A DNA stretch of 56,506 bases, filler included, from Catajapyx aquilonaris (Eukaryota), in NCBI GenBank assembly GCA_000934665.2. It is 2 parts of 2 records of this genome, joined end to end, with 100 filler letters (N's around TTAATTAATTAA, not from the genome) between each part and the next. Parts side by side here need not be neighbours in the genome. Positions count along the whole stretch, not along the records: positions 1 to 28,209 come from JYFJ02004955.1; 1 more part is not named here. One strand, 5' to 3'. Positions 1 through 13,243 of the stretch are shown here, one piece after another (the stretch's first letter is position 1; each line of letters begins with the position of its first letter). Below the pieces are notes generated by a model that made no database searches, was not told where the DNA came from, and was given only the letters and a program-made list of their open reading frames with translations. Position numbers and translations under genes: made by a program.

Positions 1-121
1 GAGTTGTTTTAACTCCAGCGAAAGAGTTATTATAACTCATTTTTGGTAATGACCACTTTCAAGGTTTAAAAGAGTTAATTTAACTCTTATTGAGTTTTTT
101 AACTCTATTTTTTTTTAGAGA
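1..121. repeat. End of a non-autonomous DNA element with repeated GAGTT..AACTC mini-palindromes
   Basis: Four gagtt(N4-6)aactc palindromic units followed by ttttttagagag, resembling a subterminal-repeat terminus; the other end lies outside the window. Confidence 0.35.
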
Positions 122-2837
122 GTAGGCCCAGGGAGGTACGTATACATCTACATCGAGCAACTTCAACCACTACCTATCTCAATCTGTCTCTCACTCCTGC
201 TACACTCTTCCCAACTCCTCACTTCCACTCCTATATCCTCTACCAACTTCCACCGTGCCCACCAGATGACCATCAACATATTTTGATCTTACCTACTGCT
301 GATGCCATCTGTGGCGGCAAATGCAACAATAAGGGGGCAAAGCCACAGCCTCTTACGTCGACTCTTGTACTATGGGCCTATGCTTTATTCAATTGAGATA
401 ATTATGTACCAATAACGTCTTTAGTAGCATTTCCCATGCTCTCTAATAATTAGATTTATCTCGTATTGATTATTATTGTAGTGTCTGAGTACTGGCAACA
501 GGACTGTTTACTCTTGTCTGAGAGAATGTACTGTGGTTAATGGTAATGGTTCTATACGTAAGTAACCAAGTTATTGTGAGGTTTGGGAGTTGTTTGTAAG
601 AGAGTCGTAGAGTGACTATCTAAGATAACAGACGTTGTATTCCTGTTGTGGACAATATTATAGACTATATTATCTGAGATCTTTCCGGATACTTATTACT
701 TGGGGAGTCGTGGTGTCTCGTACGTCTAGTCGTGGGACACTACAATTATTATCAATTATTACAGCATAGGACATCAACTTGTGAAATTTATCTATAGGTA
801 GAAGTGTATATTATTAGGTCCCGCTGTACAAAAACGTCAATTAAAAATGAATTCTTTAATTAAAAGACTTGAATACTACTGCATTGTATTGTTGTTATCA
901 TACTAGCAACAAGACTTTATACGACCGAATATATTCGACTCGAGAAAATGGAGTCCGATGTAAAGAATTGTACAGTATTATTGAAATTGATTATACCATT
1001 GTTAGAAAAAATATGTTGTGGAAAGAAGAATCAGAAGTTATGTGTCCGGAGGAATAATACACAGTATTCAGTTCTGTAAGAGTATTCCAATAACCCCCCA
1101 ATAATAATATTCCACCGGCACAACCCAACGTGGATCTATAGCTAATGGCACGCCAATATGTGCTGCCAATGAAGCATGCAGAGGATAGGGAATATCAGGA
1201 ATAGTTACTGCATACAATGGTAACATAAACTATGAAACGTAGTTAATTGATTGCATGGGAATAAGCCCAAGCAATTGACTCTGCCTGGCTGTCAGTTAAT
1301 TGAGAATGGCGACTGTCATTATTTACAAGTCACAGAAGTAAACCATCATAATTATACTGATATGCACTACCTAGATGCCATGGGCATGTTCTCTTAAATG
1401 GATCCGCCAGAGCAGGCAAAAGGGACTACCATAAGGACACAATCATGTAATACTTTGCTGACTCTCCATCGCGCTGCCAATACTGTATATTGACCGAGCA
1501 TCTTCACATTACCGGGCTCGTGTATAGTGGTTGACAGACTACCCCTTCCAGTGGCTATACCCTCCTGGTAGACAGCCAAGAGCCAAAATCCCATCCCAGA
1601 TGAATCCAGTGACACCTCAACCCCGCACGAACGTGGAAGGGCTTGGGATAAAACCAAGACCTTGCTTTGCCGAGGATTTCTCCCATCTTTTCCTCCTTCT
1701 TCCAAAGATTACAGTATAAAAATTATTTAAATTCTTCTACGGGCAGGTTCCCCCCCCCCCTTCATCCAACAGTTAGGCCTACAGTGCACTGTCATTAATA
1801 TTCATTAATTTAAGATTGCAAAGTTTCTTTGTAACGCCACAGTCTGTAGTAGTCGGCAAGATTGGAAATAAAAGAGACTATGCATGCATAAAATGAACAT
1901 TCCTTTGACATGCTACCAGGTGAGACGTAAATAATACCGTATTATAAGTGTAGTCTGCCCCGCAGGTGGGAAGAATTTAATTTTCTTCCGCTGACAAACA
2001 CCACACCCTGTGGCTATTTCTACACTGAACTGACGAGTGGAAGAATACACGAATACTAAACCATGACTTGCATAACATGTCGCTAAAACACAAATCTTCA
2101 GTCAATTTCCACTACTGTATTTTTTCTGTTCTTTTAAACTGAGCATATACAATTATACGAGTTAAAAGTTCAACTTTTCTACAGTAAAATACCGTCAAGC
2201 ACAGTAGTACATACGGTATGTGTAACTTATTAGTTTTATTGATCGCACTATTTAATGATGGATTATATACGGGAATTAGTTTCCTTCACACCTGCATGAG
2301 TCTTAAAGAAATGTTCCCAGGCCCATGTTACGTCGGTCCAAAACCTTCAAATGACTGCTCCCCTTCGCCCTAATCCCTGCTTTACATATCGCTTATCGTT
2401 CTTCCACCTATTTGGTCTTTTGCTATTCAGGCACGGGTCAATAAAATTCAAACCCGGCAGGATTTTGTGAACTCCTTACACGGGCCTTACTTTGCAATAA
2501 AGCTCAATTCCTTATGGGACTCGGAAATTCTACATCTGCAAGACATATTTCATAATCTTGGAGCTGTCTTCTTTTATCAAATAATATAATACATTGTAGT
2601 TTAATATAGTTTAACTCCATCTACTTCGCAAGTATGTGTCCAGTAATTTTTGTAGCCATCTGAATAGCTCGAAATCAAACGCAGCTATAAGTACCACATT
2701 ATAAGGAATTTTACAGGAGATGAGAAAAACATGTCATATGGAAATGCTTTCCAGCTGAAAGTCATTTATAGTGGAAGTCACGAAAGGGTATTTTTCTGCA
2801 TTTTAAATGTCATTTAAAACTCATGGATTGGTAGTTT

Positions 2838-3176
2838 TTGTGGCGTTACCCCGTGATAAGGCTGAGCCTTTTAGGGGGGTGGAATACCACCATTTCACTC
2901 CATTTTCCTATATTAACTTCATTCACCGGTGCAAGGAGTCAAGGATGTAGGGTAGGGATAGGGATTTTTGGGGAGGGAACATGGGTGCAAGGTGCAATGT
3001 CGTAGCTATGGGTCATGTGCTGTTCCCCAGGAGGTTAGGTTGCCAGACACCTCCTTGGTGCAGGTCAGAGACCCTCCTGACGCAGGTGAAAGGAAAGTTC
3101 CCCAGGCGGGGATCAAACCTGGGGCCCTTTCACTCAGCAAGCCGAGACGTTACCATCACGGCCATCTACACCTCCC
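2838..3176 (-). mobile_element. tRNA-derived SINE with target-site duplication
   Basis: Minus-strand head has A-box-like TGGCCGTGATGGT and B-box-like GGTTTGATCCC. Flanked by the direct repeat GATTGGTAGTTT at 2826-2837 and 3181-3192. Confidence 0.8.
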
Positions 3177-3920
3177 CATAGATTGGTAGTTTAGCCAAGG
3201 TGGTCGGTTTGGATCTAGCTGGTTTTGCTTAAAAAATAGTGTAATTATGAACAAAAATTATTATTTAACAGTAATATGGAGAGTGTTGAAATGACGCTTC
3301 CACTGCTCATTTTAGCGTCTCATGTAATTGTTTCACGGAGATACTAAAAAACAAAATGAAACATAATTAACAGCATGAGAAAGTTAAATGCCCATATAAA
3401 TATTATTTTATGCGCCCTTTCATAAACAACATTGTGTATCATCACGGTACCACTGTCTTATTGCATTAAGCCTACATTATTACCGACCATAATTTTACAC
3501 TTTAGCTGCTTTTGCATGAACAAAACGTATTTTAATTATGCCTTGTTTTTACTTAGTACACGCAACTTTGGAGCCGCTTTACACCCAAGCATTTGCTGTG
3601 TCACACCATCTTTGGACACTTGGCAGAGGGTAACATGAAGAATCCAATGCCATCTCAAACTCATTTTCCCACTACCGGATCTAGCTGCTTTTGCTTGGGA
3701 GCTCTTCATCGGTTGTGGCTTGTGGCAAAAATATTTAAAATAACTATTATACTGTATTATCGTCACGGTTACGAAAATATTATTTTCAACCAGGTCGTTT
3801 AACTGTCGAAACACAGGGTGTTTTACTAGATAGTTCCCTCAAAGAATCGCATATACAGGGTGTCTCAACTTTTTTGTCCGAACAGTTATCGGAAAAGCCT
3901 ATGTATCTTCTAGCTATATA

Positions 3921-4344
3921 CAGGGTGTATCTGAACTCAGTGCCCCGACGTATATGACTGCCTTCCTAGCCACCAGAGGATCGATTTAAGTATAGGAGTC
4001 ATATGTCAGGGCAGCCTCATTACTGAGATACACTCTTTAGCGATTTTTGCCTAATCGCTCCTTCTGACTTTTAAATAGAATTTTCTGGTGTAACTAGACA
4101 AAGAGGCCTTACCACCTGTGGGCAACAAACCAACAAAGTCCCGCCCCCAGACCTTCCAGACCCTTCTGACTGGGGGAGGGTTCGATGGGTGGCCTAACCG
4201 ACAGGATATTTTGTACTACATGTTTGCGGCCAATTAACTCCGTAATGAGGCTGCCCAGACATATGACTCCTATATTTAAATCGATCCTCTGGTGGCTAGG
4301 AAGGCAGTCATATACGTCGGGGCACTGAGTTCAGATACACCCTG
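3921..4344. mobile_element. Tc1/mariner-type MITE
   Basis: About 100-bp near-perfect terminal inverted repeats starting CAGGGTGTATCTGAACTCAG, with TA on both flanks. Confidence 0.9.
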
Positions 4345-4349
4345 TATGT

Positions 4350-4430
4350 AGCCAGAATATGCCCCAAAATTCCTGGCACATCCCTCAACAGTTGAGGGAT
4401 CTGCCAGGAATGTTGGGGCATATTCTGGCT
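4350..4430. repeat. 81-bp near-perfect palindrome (miniature foldback element)
   Basis: agccagaatatgccccaaaattcctggcacatccctcaac-a-gttgagggatctgccaggaatgttggggcatattctggct; abuts the right end of the 3921-4344 MITE. Confidence 0.8.
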
Positions 4431-4642
4431 CGTATAAAAGTCGTTTGTGATCTGCCTGTCTGTCTGTCCGCCTGGAACGCCAACGGCCATTTGCCTGCCA
4501 TCTGTGGTCCGCCTCCTACACCTCCAACCTCTCCCGTCCTTCCTACCCGGCCTTCCTTTGATTAAGATTCTTAATTTAATTTGCCTGTCCTTTTCAGCAT
4601 GCTTTCCATTCATTTCTTCCCGAGCAACGTCGGGTGGCGCAG

Positions 4643-4663
4643 CTAGTAGTAGTAGTGGTGGTG

Positions 4664-4714
<51 letters not shown>

Positions 4715-4720
4715 CTGTAG

Positions 4721-4769
<49 letters not shown>

Positions 4770-4778
4770 AATAACTAA
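4643..4778. repeat. Compound microsatellite (AGT)n(GGT)n(AGT)n(AAT)n
   Basis: Directly visible trinucleotide runs. Confidence 0.95.
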
Positions 4779-5545
4779 TAGATTTCAGGAACCTGTTTGG
4801 AGCACCATCCAACAGACACACTGGAACATAAGATCACCCTCATTAAAATATCAATAGAAGTTTACATGCATTTTATTACCTTCTCGGAGTGTGAAAACTG
4901 GATACTCAATAGCTTACAAGGAATATTATATATTTTTATTATATTATAAAACTTTGCTTGATTTGGTGAAGTACCGTGTTATATTTAAATTTAATATTCA
5001 GTGTCTGTCATCTGAGATGGGCAGGGGTGGGGGTGGGACGGTTTGCTTATAGTTTTATTTTCACCAGTTTTAATTTAGTTCATATGTTGGGTTAGCTTGC
5101 GTCTTCCTTCATCACTGACTGCCCCTCAGAGGGAAATGTCGTGATGTTGATGATGATGATGATAAAACTTGGTCGAATATTGTGGTGGAATATTGTGCAT
5201 TAAATAAACTCCCCTTTGCGTAGTTAGTAATTTCGCAGTTATAAGTTATATTTAGTTATGACAAAAACAACTTGGTTTGCGATGTAGCTGAGAAAGGTTA
5301 CTCTCAGTAACTTTCTACATGCATTACAATCCCCTTGTCTTTATTACTTGAAAATGCATAATTTAAGATCCAGCGCTTAGTTGTTGTTTTTTTAACGCCA
5401 CTATTAATTTTCCCCCCACTCTATATTTGAACCACCTATAGGCATAACATTCATCAAGCATCGACATGATCCAAATGCATAATTAGTGAGAGGTTAGTGC
5501 TGATTGAAAATATCATCCATGCATATTATGTGGTCTATTTACCAG

Positions 5546-5705
5546 GGACAGGAACTGATGCACAACGTGTCCGCCGGGATAATCCTCAGCAACCAAACGC
5601 TAGTGGTCAGGAGCGTCAGCAGGGAAAATGGAGGGCTCTACACCTGTGTGGCTACCAACACTGCAGGTCAGGCGACCAGTAATCACCTAGCCCTCCACGT
5701 CCAAT
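5546..5705 (+). CDS. Sidestep/nephrin-like IgSF gene, Ig-domain exon
   Basis: ccag|GGA...CAA T|gtaag. Encodes GQELMHNVSAGIILSNQTLVVRSVSRENGGLYTCVATNTAGQATSNHLALHVQ with the Ig G.YTC.A.N motif, typical of the Sidestep-family fourth Ig domain. Ends in phase 1, matching the next exon. Confidence 0.9.
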
Positions 5706-6060
5706 GTAAGTCCATCATTATAATTATGGGGGTCATTAGACGCTTTATGGCGTCTCTTTTTTTCCCAGTCCCTGGGGTAAAATAGGACGATTTGTCAGAA
5801 TAAAAGTGGCGCTTAGAGATTAACGTCATCACTCAGTGTAATCTGACCATAGTTTTTGCGTTAGTGGGGCGTTTACTTCCTCACATTTATATACAGTGCA
5901 TTATACTGATCGACAGTTTTGATGACAAAACAATATCATCATACTGCTTAGGTATGGCCTTAAGAAGGTAAAATGGTTGATCTGTCATGAATAATCGAAT
6001 GCAGCATTGACAGATCACGCCAGAATTTCCGTGGTCATATGAAGATGCCATGCTCATCCT

Positions 6061-6310
6061 GGCTGCATGGTGGTGTAGCTGTTAGCCTCACACCCTTGCT
6101 CACAGCCTTCCACCGTTGAGGTCTCGAGTTCGATCTCCTGGTCGGACAGAGGACTTTCTGACGTGAAAAAATAAATATCTCTAAAATAAGAAATAAATTC
6201 TCTGCGTGCCTTAGGAGACCTCAGTTATATTCCCTTTATTAAAGCTCTACCTCACGTAATATCAGGTCCCAACCAAAAATAATGTCAAGTATTTTGGTTT
6301 TAAAAAAGTG
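6061..6310 (+). mobile_element. tRNA-derived SINE
   Basis: A-box-like TGGTGTAGCTGTTAGC and B-box-like GAGTTCGATC, followed by a non-tRNA body. 3' end approximate. Confidence 0.55.
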
Positions 6311-6492
6311 AAGGTAGGCCTGATGTTGGCTAGTAATTAATTTTTCATTTGAATCGAGTTTTTGATAACAATAATAATGTGAATCTCCGTGGTTCTCCCT
6401 TTCCTACCACTTTCAAATCCTACGCCAACAATGAAATGTGGTAGGGAAAGTCAGGAATATAATTCTAAGAGGCTGATCATGGGGTATTAATA

Positions 6493-6695
6493 GATATAGA
6501 CCTAATGATGATGATAATAATTGATATAGACCTAATGATGATGATGATAATAATAATATCTAATAATCTGATATAATAATAATATCTAATAATCTGATAT
6601 AATAATAATATCTAATAATCTGATATAATAATAATATCTAATAATCTGATATAATGTATATAATCATAATAGATATGATGATGATGATGATGATA
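6493..6695. repeat. AT-rich minisatellite (26-bp unit atctaataatctgatataataataat, about 4 copies) with (GAT)n
   Basis: Tandem units visible at 6558-6655. Confidence 0.85.
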
Positions 6696-6827
6696 ATCAA
6701 TGTTCGCAATCTACCTAGCAAATTCAACCTGCTGTATACAAAGTATATTTTATTGAGATTGAATGTATGTTCAATATGTCCCCTATACCTATAGTCTCAA
6801 ATATTCTCAATATGATGCTTATTGCAG

Positions 6828-7121
6828 ATGCTCCCCGATGCAAAGAGCCAAGAGAGCACTTATTGGGCGCTTTGAAGCATGAAACAGTGCACCTCCTTTG
6901 CGAAGTTGAGGCTCAACCCGCAGTTACCGAGTTCTTCTGGACCTACAACCGTTCCCGGGAAGTAATCAGCGTGCCAAGGAGACGTTTCTCGACAAAAGGG
7001 GGCGTGAGCCGTCTCGACTTCAACCCAGTTGACGATATGGACTACGGTACACTAGCTTGCTGGGCACAAAACCCTGTTGGAAAGCAGCTGAAACCATGTG
7101 TCTTCCAGATCATCCCAGCAG
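6828..7121 (+). CDS. Sidestep/nephrin-like IgSF gene, Ig-domain exon
   Basis: tgcag|AT...GCA G|gtagg, phase 1-1. Encodes YAPRCK...CEVEAQP...FFWTYN...DYGTLACWAQNPVGKQLKPCVFQIIPAG, the characteristic Sidestep fifth Ig signature. Confidence 0.93.
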
Positions 7122-7783
7122 GTAGGCTATGTCACTTGTTATCTTGTGCCGTCTCTCTTGAGACCTTCCTCAGACGAATCTAATAGATATGAATACATAC
7201 ATTGAAGTATGACACTGTCGGTAAATTAATTGATGGGTTAACTACACTGTATGTGTGGTTGGAGAGGCGGGCCACCCGCTTCTTCCTCACCCCCGAAATG
7301 GCACGTTTTTTGAACATGTGTGCATCACATTATATAGCTTATTCCATTTCCCTGGGTAACGTCGCGTCGTTCCCTGACACAGTTTACTCACAAGCTTTCA
7401 AAGGGTTTTATACTGCTAATACTCTCACCTTCAAAAAAAAAGCTCCAGGACCGTAATGGTCTCGTTCGAATCCGGTTGGTTTGAGAACCACCGCTGTAAT
7501 CGGACAGAAACGGGTGATCAATTTTGATTGGTTTATCTGGATCATTTTGTCGATCTAATCACCACGGTTCTAATTTGTGCCGCGGTAATGAACAATACCT
7601 ATTGTGCGGCTACCAGTTCAACCCTGCCCAGTACATTTTTGAACTTGAAATATTTTAGTCCGCCTCAAACCGAGCCTGTGTGCATTGCTCTAAGGGTCTC
7701 CTCAGTCTCTCGGCAGGGGATTACTTGAAACCGACACTGGGGATGTGGGAAGGGATATACGTATTTTGGTAGGACGTATCTTG

Positions 7784-8142
7784 TGTCACGCCTTTAATTT
7801 GTGGATTATAGGTCCGTCTCCCGCAGGATATGGGTAAGGAAGTGAAGGATCCAGGAGAGCAAGCGAAAACGAATGGAACCTTTCAAGATGGAGAAGGTTT
7901 TGATCCCCCGAAGAATTCGGTTGGTCCCAGTACATGTCAGCATTACTTCCTGCTCTAGCTAGAGCCAAGGGAAGGAAGGTTTTATGGAAAGAGAGGGCGG
8001 GGGGGGGGGGGGAAANGGGGGGGAAGACAGGGGGAAAGAGGAGGTTGGAGGTGGGTGGAAGGGGTTTGGGGGAGTGTGATGTGGCTCGGCCCGCTGAGGC
8101 AGCTTCTGGCGGTTCCGGCAACAGGATAATAGAGACGTGACA
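7784..8142 (-). mobile_element. Probable solo LTR
   Basis: Bounded by TGTCACG...CGTGACA, with AATTAAA near the minus-strand 3' end. No target-site duplication found. Confidence 0.45.
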
Positions 8143-8882
8143 ACACCTGTCACAACGAAACATAGGGGGCGGAATAGGATTTTTGGACGAGCTGTCACGT
8201 CCACTCTACTACAGCCAAAAGGAATCTTTAATAATTCTCTCCAAGCCCTGCTCTTGTCTGTAAATGGAGAGAAAAAAAAGTTCCAACTTTTGTTGCACTT
8301 GAGAGCTTTATGCTCCAGTGATAACTTCGACACTAGTGTCGGTCACATGTGATCTTTCATAGTTTAGACTCACAACATTCGATTAAGCACCATCTTATCC
8401 ACATCCAGCAGAAAATATACAACGCACATGCCACTCGCATTGATACTATCGCATCTTTATTAGGCCCTATTTATAGGCTCTTTATTATACTCTAACGATG
8501 AAGAATATCATTCTGAAAAGTTCCCCAACTCTTTAACTGACCGTTAAGAGCTAAAGGTGGTTTAAGTGCCACATTAATGAGTTTACACTGCAGTTAGTAA
8601 CTGAAATTAATTTTTCAGGTAAGATTGTTAGGAACAACTTTCACTAAAAATTAACGAAACTCAGAGAAAAGTCAATCCTGGCAAGGATCTTTTTACACAG
8701 AATTCTGACACACATTATAGAGTCATGCCCATGCTTGATCGTAATGACGAATCTGTCAGGGGTTTCCCCGGTACGTTGTAGGTGTTGGTTTGGGCCGCGT
8801 ACCACTTTGTAGGCTTTTTTGACCTATTCCTGACAAAATACATAGAGTAATATCAAGGCAGTAGTTGCCATAAGAGAACAAC

Positions 8883-9100
8883 GGGTCCATTCACGCGAAG
8901 CCAATGTTTCGTGATGGTTTCATATTCCTATCATGACCCAGTCACGATGTGGGTGTTCACGCGGACGTTCACACGGAGAAAAACTGATGACGGCATCTCG
9001 ACCTTTTTTCCGGATCTCGAGAGCGTGCCTTGTGAACACCTCAAAACTGCAACGATAGCAATGTGGTTCAATCACGAAACCTTTGTGTCATGTGAATGAG
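8883..9100. mobile_element. Degenerate Harbinger-like MITE
   Basis: Imperfect inverted ends cattcacgcga..gtttcgtgat and atcacgaaac..tcatgtgaatg. Confidence 0.4.
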
Positions 9101-10039
9101 TGTATTAATTCTTCTTCTGAACAACAAGCTGAACATAGCTATGCCTCATGGTATACTGCACCTGACCTAATATTTGATTGTAATACATAATAGGATTTCA
9201 TTTGTAGTGGTTTTATCGTCATGGTTTATCGTTATGGTTTTATTGTAGCTTAAGGCATCATTGTCTTACTTAAAGAACGCAATCTCTATAATTATCAACA
9301 AAATGCAGCATTAATATTAATGCAAACTGGAGCGAGTTTATTACTGGTCCTGTTGCATGCCGTGATTATCTTCATCAAAACGCCTTCAAATGAACTTATT
9401 TTTACGTGCCACTGCAATAAGAGAAATCCGTTATGAATGTTTTCGTTTTATTTAATGAACTAAACCAACACCTACAGTAGGCTATTACCAAGTTCTTAAT
9501 TGATGGCATGTTTGAACAGCTTGCCAATTAACTTCACAGCAAACATGAAAATTGATGTTAAGATCATAACCACGTACCCATATAAGTCGTCCATGAACGA
9601 GTCAACATTTCTCCTGGGTTTTTGAGAGAAAATTGTAAAAGGGAAATCACAAGAAAAACATAAAACAGTTATTTACACATGGTGGTTCATTGTTATTTTA
9701 TGTGAATCCTGACAAGTATAAATGATCCTGAATTGTTGCTTCCGATATCTGCACAAAGCTTCCTGAAGAACAGCTTATTTGGGTTAAAGTTATTTCTTGA
9801 TGTTAATTTTATGTATAGGGGCGTGTTTGATATTCGTACCCTTGTTCCTCTATTCACCTATTCTTCAATTTAATATTTTTACGAACTATTATAGTTCTAA
9901 ATGAACCTCTGTCCGAAAAGTCGGGCACACTATTTTTTAGCCTATGTTCGCATTTAAGTTAGACCGGAAATTGGAAAAAATTATCTGGATCGGAAGGGAA
10001 GAAGAGTCTGATACGAGCAAAATACTTCCAATTTTTCAG

Positions 10040-10176
10040 GCCCGCCACACCCTGTGGAAGCTTGCGTTACCATGGTTCCGTCGACCGGAGAACTGGAAGT
10101 CAGATGTATGCCTGGCTTTGACGGAGGTCTTCCTCAAAACTTTATTCTGGAGTTGAGTCCCGAGGACGACAATCAG
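10040..10176 (+). CDS. Sidestep/nephrin-like gene, FN3 first half
   Basis: tttttcag|GC CCG...AAT CAG|gtgag, phase 1-0. Encodes GPPHPVEAC...LEVRCMPGFDGGLPQNFILE, including the GFDGGL motif. Confidence 0.92.
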
Positions 10177-10418
10177 GTGAGCTTGAAACCATTACTCATC
10201 GCATTGTTGAGCTTCACGTCAGGCATGACAAGCCTAGATCGACACGTCAAAACACTGTACTGCACTAAAAGCCACTCCAATTTCCACGTCACACTGCTTC
10301 TGATCAAACAATACTTCTTGTTTCACCTCTGAAAATTGCTCTTGGAATCATGCTAAGAGTACAGTACAGTATTAGACGGGAAGCCACACATGTTCCAACC
10401 TGCTTCAATACCCTCCAG

Positions 10419-10584
10419 ATACAAAACGTGTATCGAGTTCTGGCGGCAGAGCCCCGATTTACTCTGGTAGAACTGGAGCCACAACGAGAATATCGGGCCG
10501 CAGTGTTCGCGGTGAATGCGAAAGGGAGGAGTCGACCTGTCATGCTCCGACAGTTACGTTTGTCTGGATTGGAGAAATTTACAG
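10419..10584 (+). CDS. Sidestep/nephrin-like gene, FN3 second half
   Basis: ctccag|ATA...ACA G|gtgaag, phase 0-1. Encodes PRFTLVELEPQREYRAAVFAVNAKGRSRPV (FN3 L.P..Y...V.A.N..G.S motif). Confidence 0.92.
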
Positions 10585-11209
10585 GTGAGAAGAGCACGGT
10601 GCAACAATGTGTTTCAGTCCAATTAGACTACTAACTTGCACGTCGGCATGCAAGCCAACTGGAAATGGCACGCATTAGTGGACGAAGATATTGGGTGAAA
10701 GGAACAAACTGGGCCCTTAGGTTTAGTTTTTCAGAAAAGGACGTCACAAAATAAACAACATGTCAGCGTCCTTAGATAGGTGCAGAAATTTAGATGCGAT
10801 GATTTTTTTAAACCATAAGAGTGGATCCACTATTGTCAAGAAGCCTCAGAGAAGATCAAACTACAGCAGTGGAGGTGGCCGTCTCTTCTAGTGTGGCATG
10901 GGAAGAGTAGATGCTCACCTTCAAGGCTGAAAGAAACCAGTATCGGAGGCATATATGCAATGGTCAAACGGATCACTGGATCCGCCCGCTGAAAGTCCAC
11001 AAGCCTGGAGCCTCGCCCTCAATTTTTCAACAGTGTTTTCAAATACGCCATCATCAAAAAAAAATCCCGTTCCAGCCCCTCTTATTCGCACCGCTGAGTT
11101 TGAGAAACGGTTTTTAATTAGTTACTTTACTGCACATAAGGCAAAAAATATTGATCCATCTCTGATTTTACCCTAGTGATTCCTCGTAGCTCATGTCGCG
11201 TGCATCTAT

Positions 11210-11858
11210 CACTAGGTCTAGCTCAGGCCTATGACACTACTCGAATACGGTTGGTTAACACCTGTGGCCTGGCCAGACGGCGCTGGCGGCGGATGTCCCT
11301 CCATTCTCTGCCGCCATCTTGAAGACCCATTCCGGTGGCTGGCAAGTCAATCTGCCTATGGGTGGGTGACAAAAAATATGCCGAAAAATAAGTACGGTAC
11401 TGCTCGGTACTGCTAGCTATCTTTAGTGATGTCTAAATAAAATAAATAGTACACTTACAATGCTCTTTTACAATCACCTCCTGCTCGCTTGACATTTTTG
11501 GTGTGTCCAGAATGCTTTCTGCACATGTACCGAGCATTGTAAGTGTACTATTTATTTCATTTAGACATGACAAAAGATAGCTAGCAGTACCGAGCAGTAC
11601 CGTACTTATTTTTCGGCATATTTTTTTGGGCACCCAGTAGGCAGATTGACTTGCCAGCCACCGGAATGGGTCTTCAAGATGGCGGCAGAGAATGGAGGCA
11701 CATCCTCCGCCAGCGCCGTCTGGCCAGGCCACAGGTGTTAACCTGCCATATCCATACATGTAGGTGGGCTGTGTCAGGGGGCTGGTCTAGCTCCAAGTAG
11801 CGTGCCCCCTATAGCCGGGCGGCTATAGGGGGCACGCTACTTGGAGCTAGACCTAGTG
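11210..11858. mobile_element. Foldback element with CACTAG termini and internal long inverted repeats
   Basis: Ends CACTAGGTCTAGCTC / GAGCTAGACCTAGTG. About 210-bp inverted arms at about 11254-11465 and 11532-11743, plus an extra hairpin at about 11784-11853. No clear target-site duplication. Confidence 0.7.
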
Positions 11859-12145
11859 ACCACACCAGCCTAGCCCCTATCACCTTGACCCCAGTCACCC
11901 CAAAGGAGACGCACAGCTTCTATCAAAACTGTCTTTAATGATCAACACACACTCAGTTACAGCACACTCTATACTCACATGCATGGCGCCAGGGCCCAAG
12001 GCCCCCAAGAACACGCTACTACTCGGGCGGAGGCCACTTTCGTACCACCTTACCCTAGTTTGCCCTAGCTCAGTCTGTCTTTTGTATCTCACACACCATC
12101 CCACCCACGGTCATATAAGTAATGTCTGGTCACTCCCACCCACCC

Positions 12146-12446
12146 CCTGCCGGGGCGTTTTGCAGCGGGTGCTCACCTGAGAGCGCCATGAGACATTTAG
12201 GGGCCACAGTAAGTGGCGACCCTACCGGACTAGACTGGACTTTATAGGTACAAAAGGGGAGGGCTACATCGGGCTACATGCTGGCCCAACATGGCCGCCG
12301 GGGGCCATGTTGGGCCCCCCAATGTAGCCCTCCCCTTTCGTACATACAAAGTTCAGCCTAGTCCAGTAGGGTCGCCACTTACTGTGGCCCCCTAAATGTC
12401 TCATGGCGCTCTCAGGTGAGCACCCGCTGCAAAATGCCTCGGCAGG
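12146..12446. repeat. About 300-bp palindromic element, copy 1
   Basis: Arms cctgccggggcgttttgcagcgggtgctcacctgagagcgcc and ggcgctctcaggtgagcacccgctgcaaaatgcctcggcagg. Related copy at 23334-23626. Confidence 0.85.
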
Positions 12447-12584
12447 TGATAACACCAGAACGTAGTATAAGTGTCCGGGGGCTGATCCCACCCTTCACCT
12501 ACTTCCAACCGTCACCACCAGATGGCCACCCTTACCAGGCCCACTACTGCTGCCCTGTGCGTCGCCAGGTTCAAGCACAAGGCA

Positions 12585-12780
12585 ATGCCCACTAAATGGC
12601 AGAGTATCGTCTTTAGTAGACGCTGTTCTGGGTTCGATTCCCAGCGAGGATCTCAATTCAATGAAGACCTCTACCCTCAACCCTCCAATATTGTCTGAGG
12701 TGAAAGTAACAATCGATTTTCGCCTCAAACAATACTGGTTACTCTGCTTATTCAGCGTTGTTATCGGCTGCGATGACATC
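12585..12780 (+). mobile_element. tRNA-derived SINE (degenerate)
   Basis: B-box GGTTCGATTCCC at 12631, preceded by the tRNA-like segment ctaaatggcagagtatcgtc. Ends approximate. Confidence 0.5.
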
Positions 12781-13243
12781 GCTCACAAGTAAATGCACCT
12801 TTACGTAGCTCGATCCTTATGACATGTTTTTGCTACAAATACTCAGAGGAGATTATAAATTTAATTATTAGCATCATACGTATAACTAAAGGACTACATG
12901 TACACGGATTGACTTTAAAGTCACGCTGCTCATATTTTCACTCGAATATTTGACTAATCATTACAACACCAGACTTGAATGTCTGCAAGGTGTTTGGAAA
13001 ATACGATACCATTTTAACATACGTAAAAGTGTGTGTGGATCATTATGAAACACGCTGTACTATAACATTTACATACACAGTCAACCTCTTCGGCAATACA
13101 CATATGAAATGGTTCTGGCATGTTCTGGCAGCCTGGTACTCGAATCACCGGGTACTGACTGCATGAGAGTATAATAATTACGAAACTACTGTAGGCCTAT
13201 ATTCTATCATTTCCAGACCACATAGAACCCTGTTTTCATAGTA

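Noticed and set aside
4447..4857. 136-aa ORF with poly-S/G/I and an apparent hydrophobic helix
   Set aside because: It is the translation of trinucleotide microsatellites.
4780..4920. Possible RTE-like LINE fragment (ECENWILN)
   Set aside because: A single short degenerate motif is not enough support.
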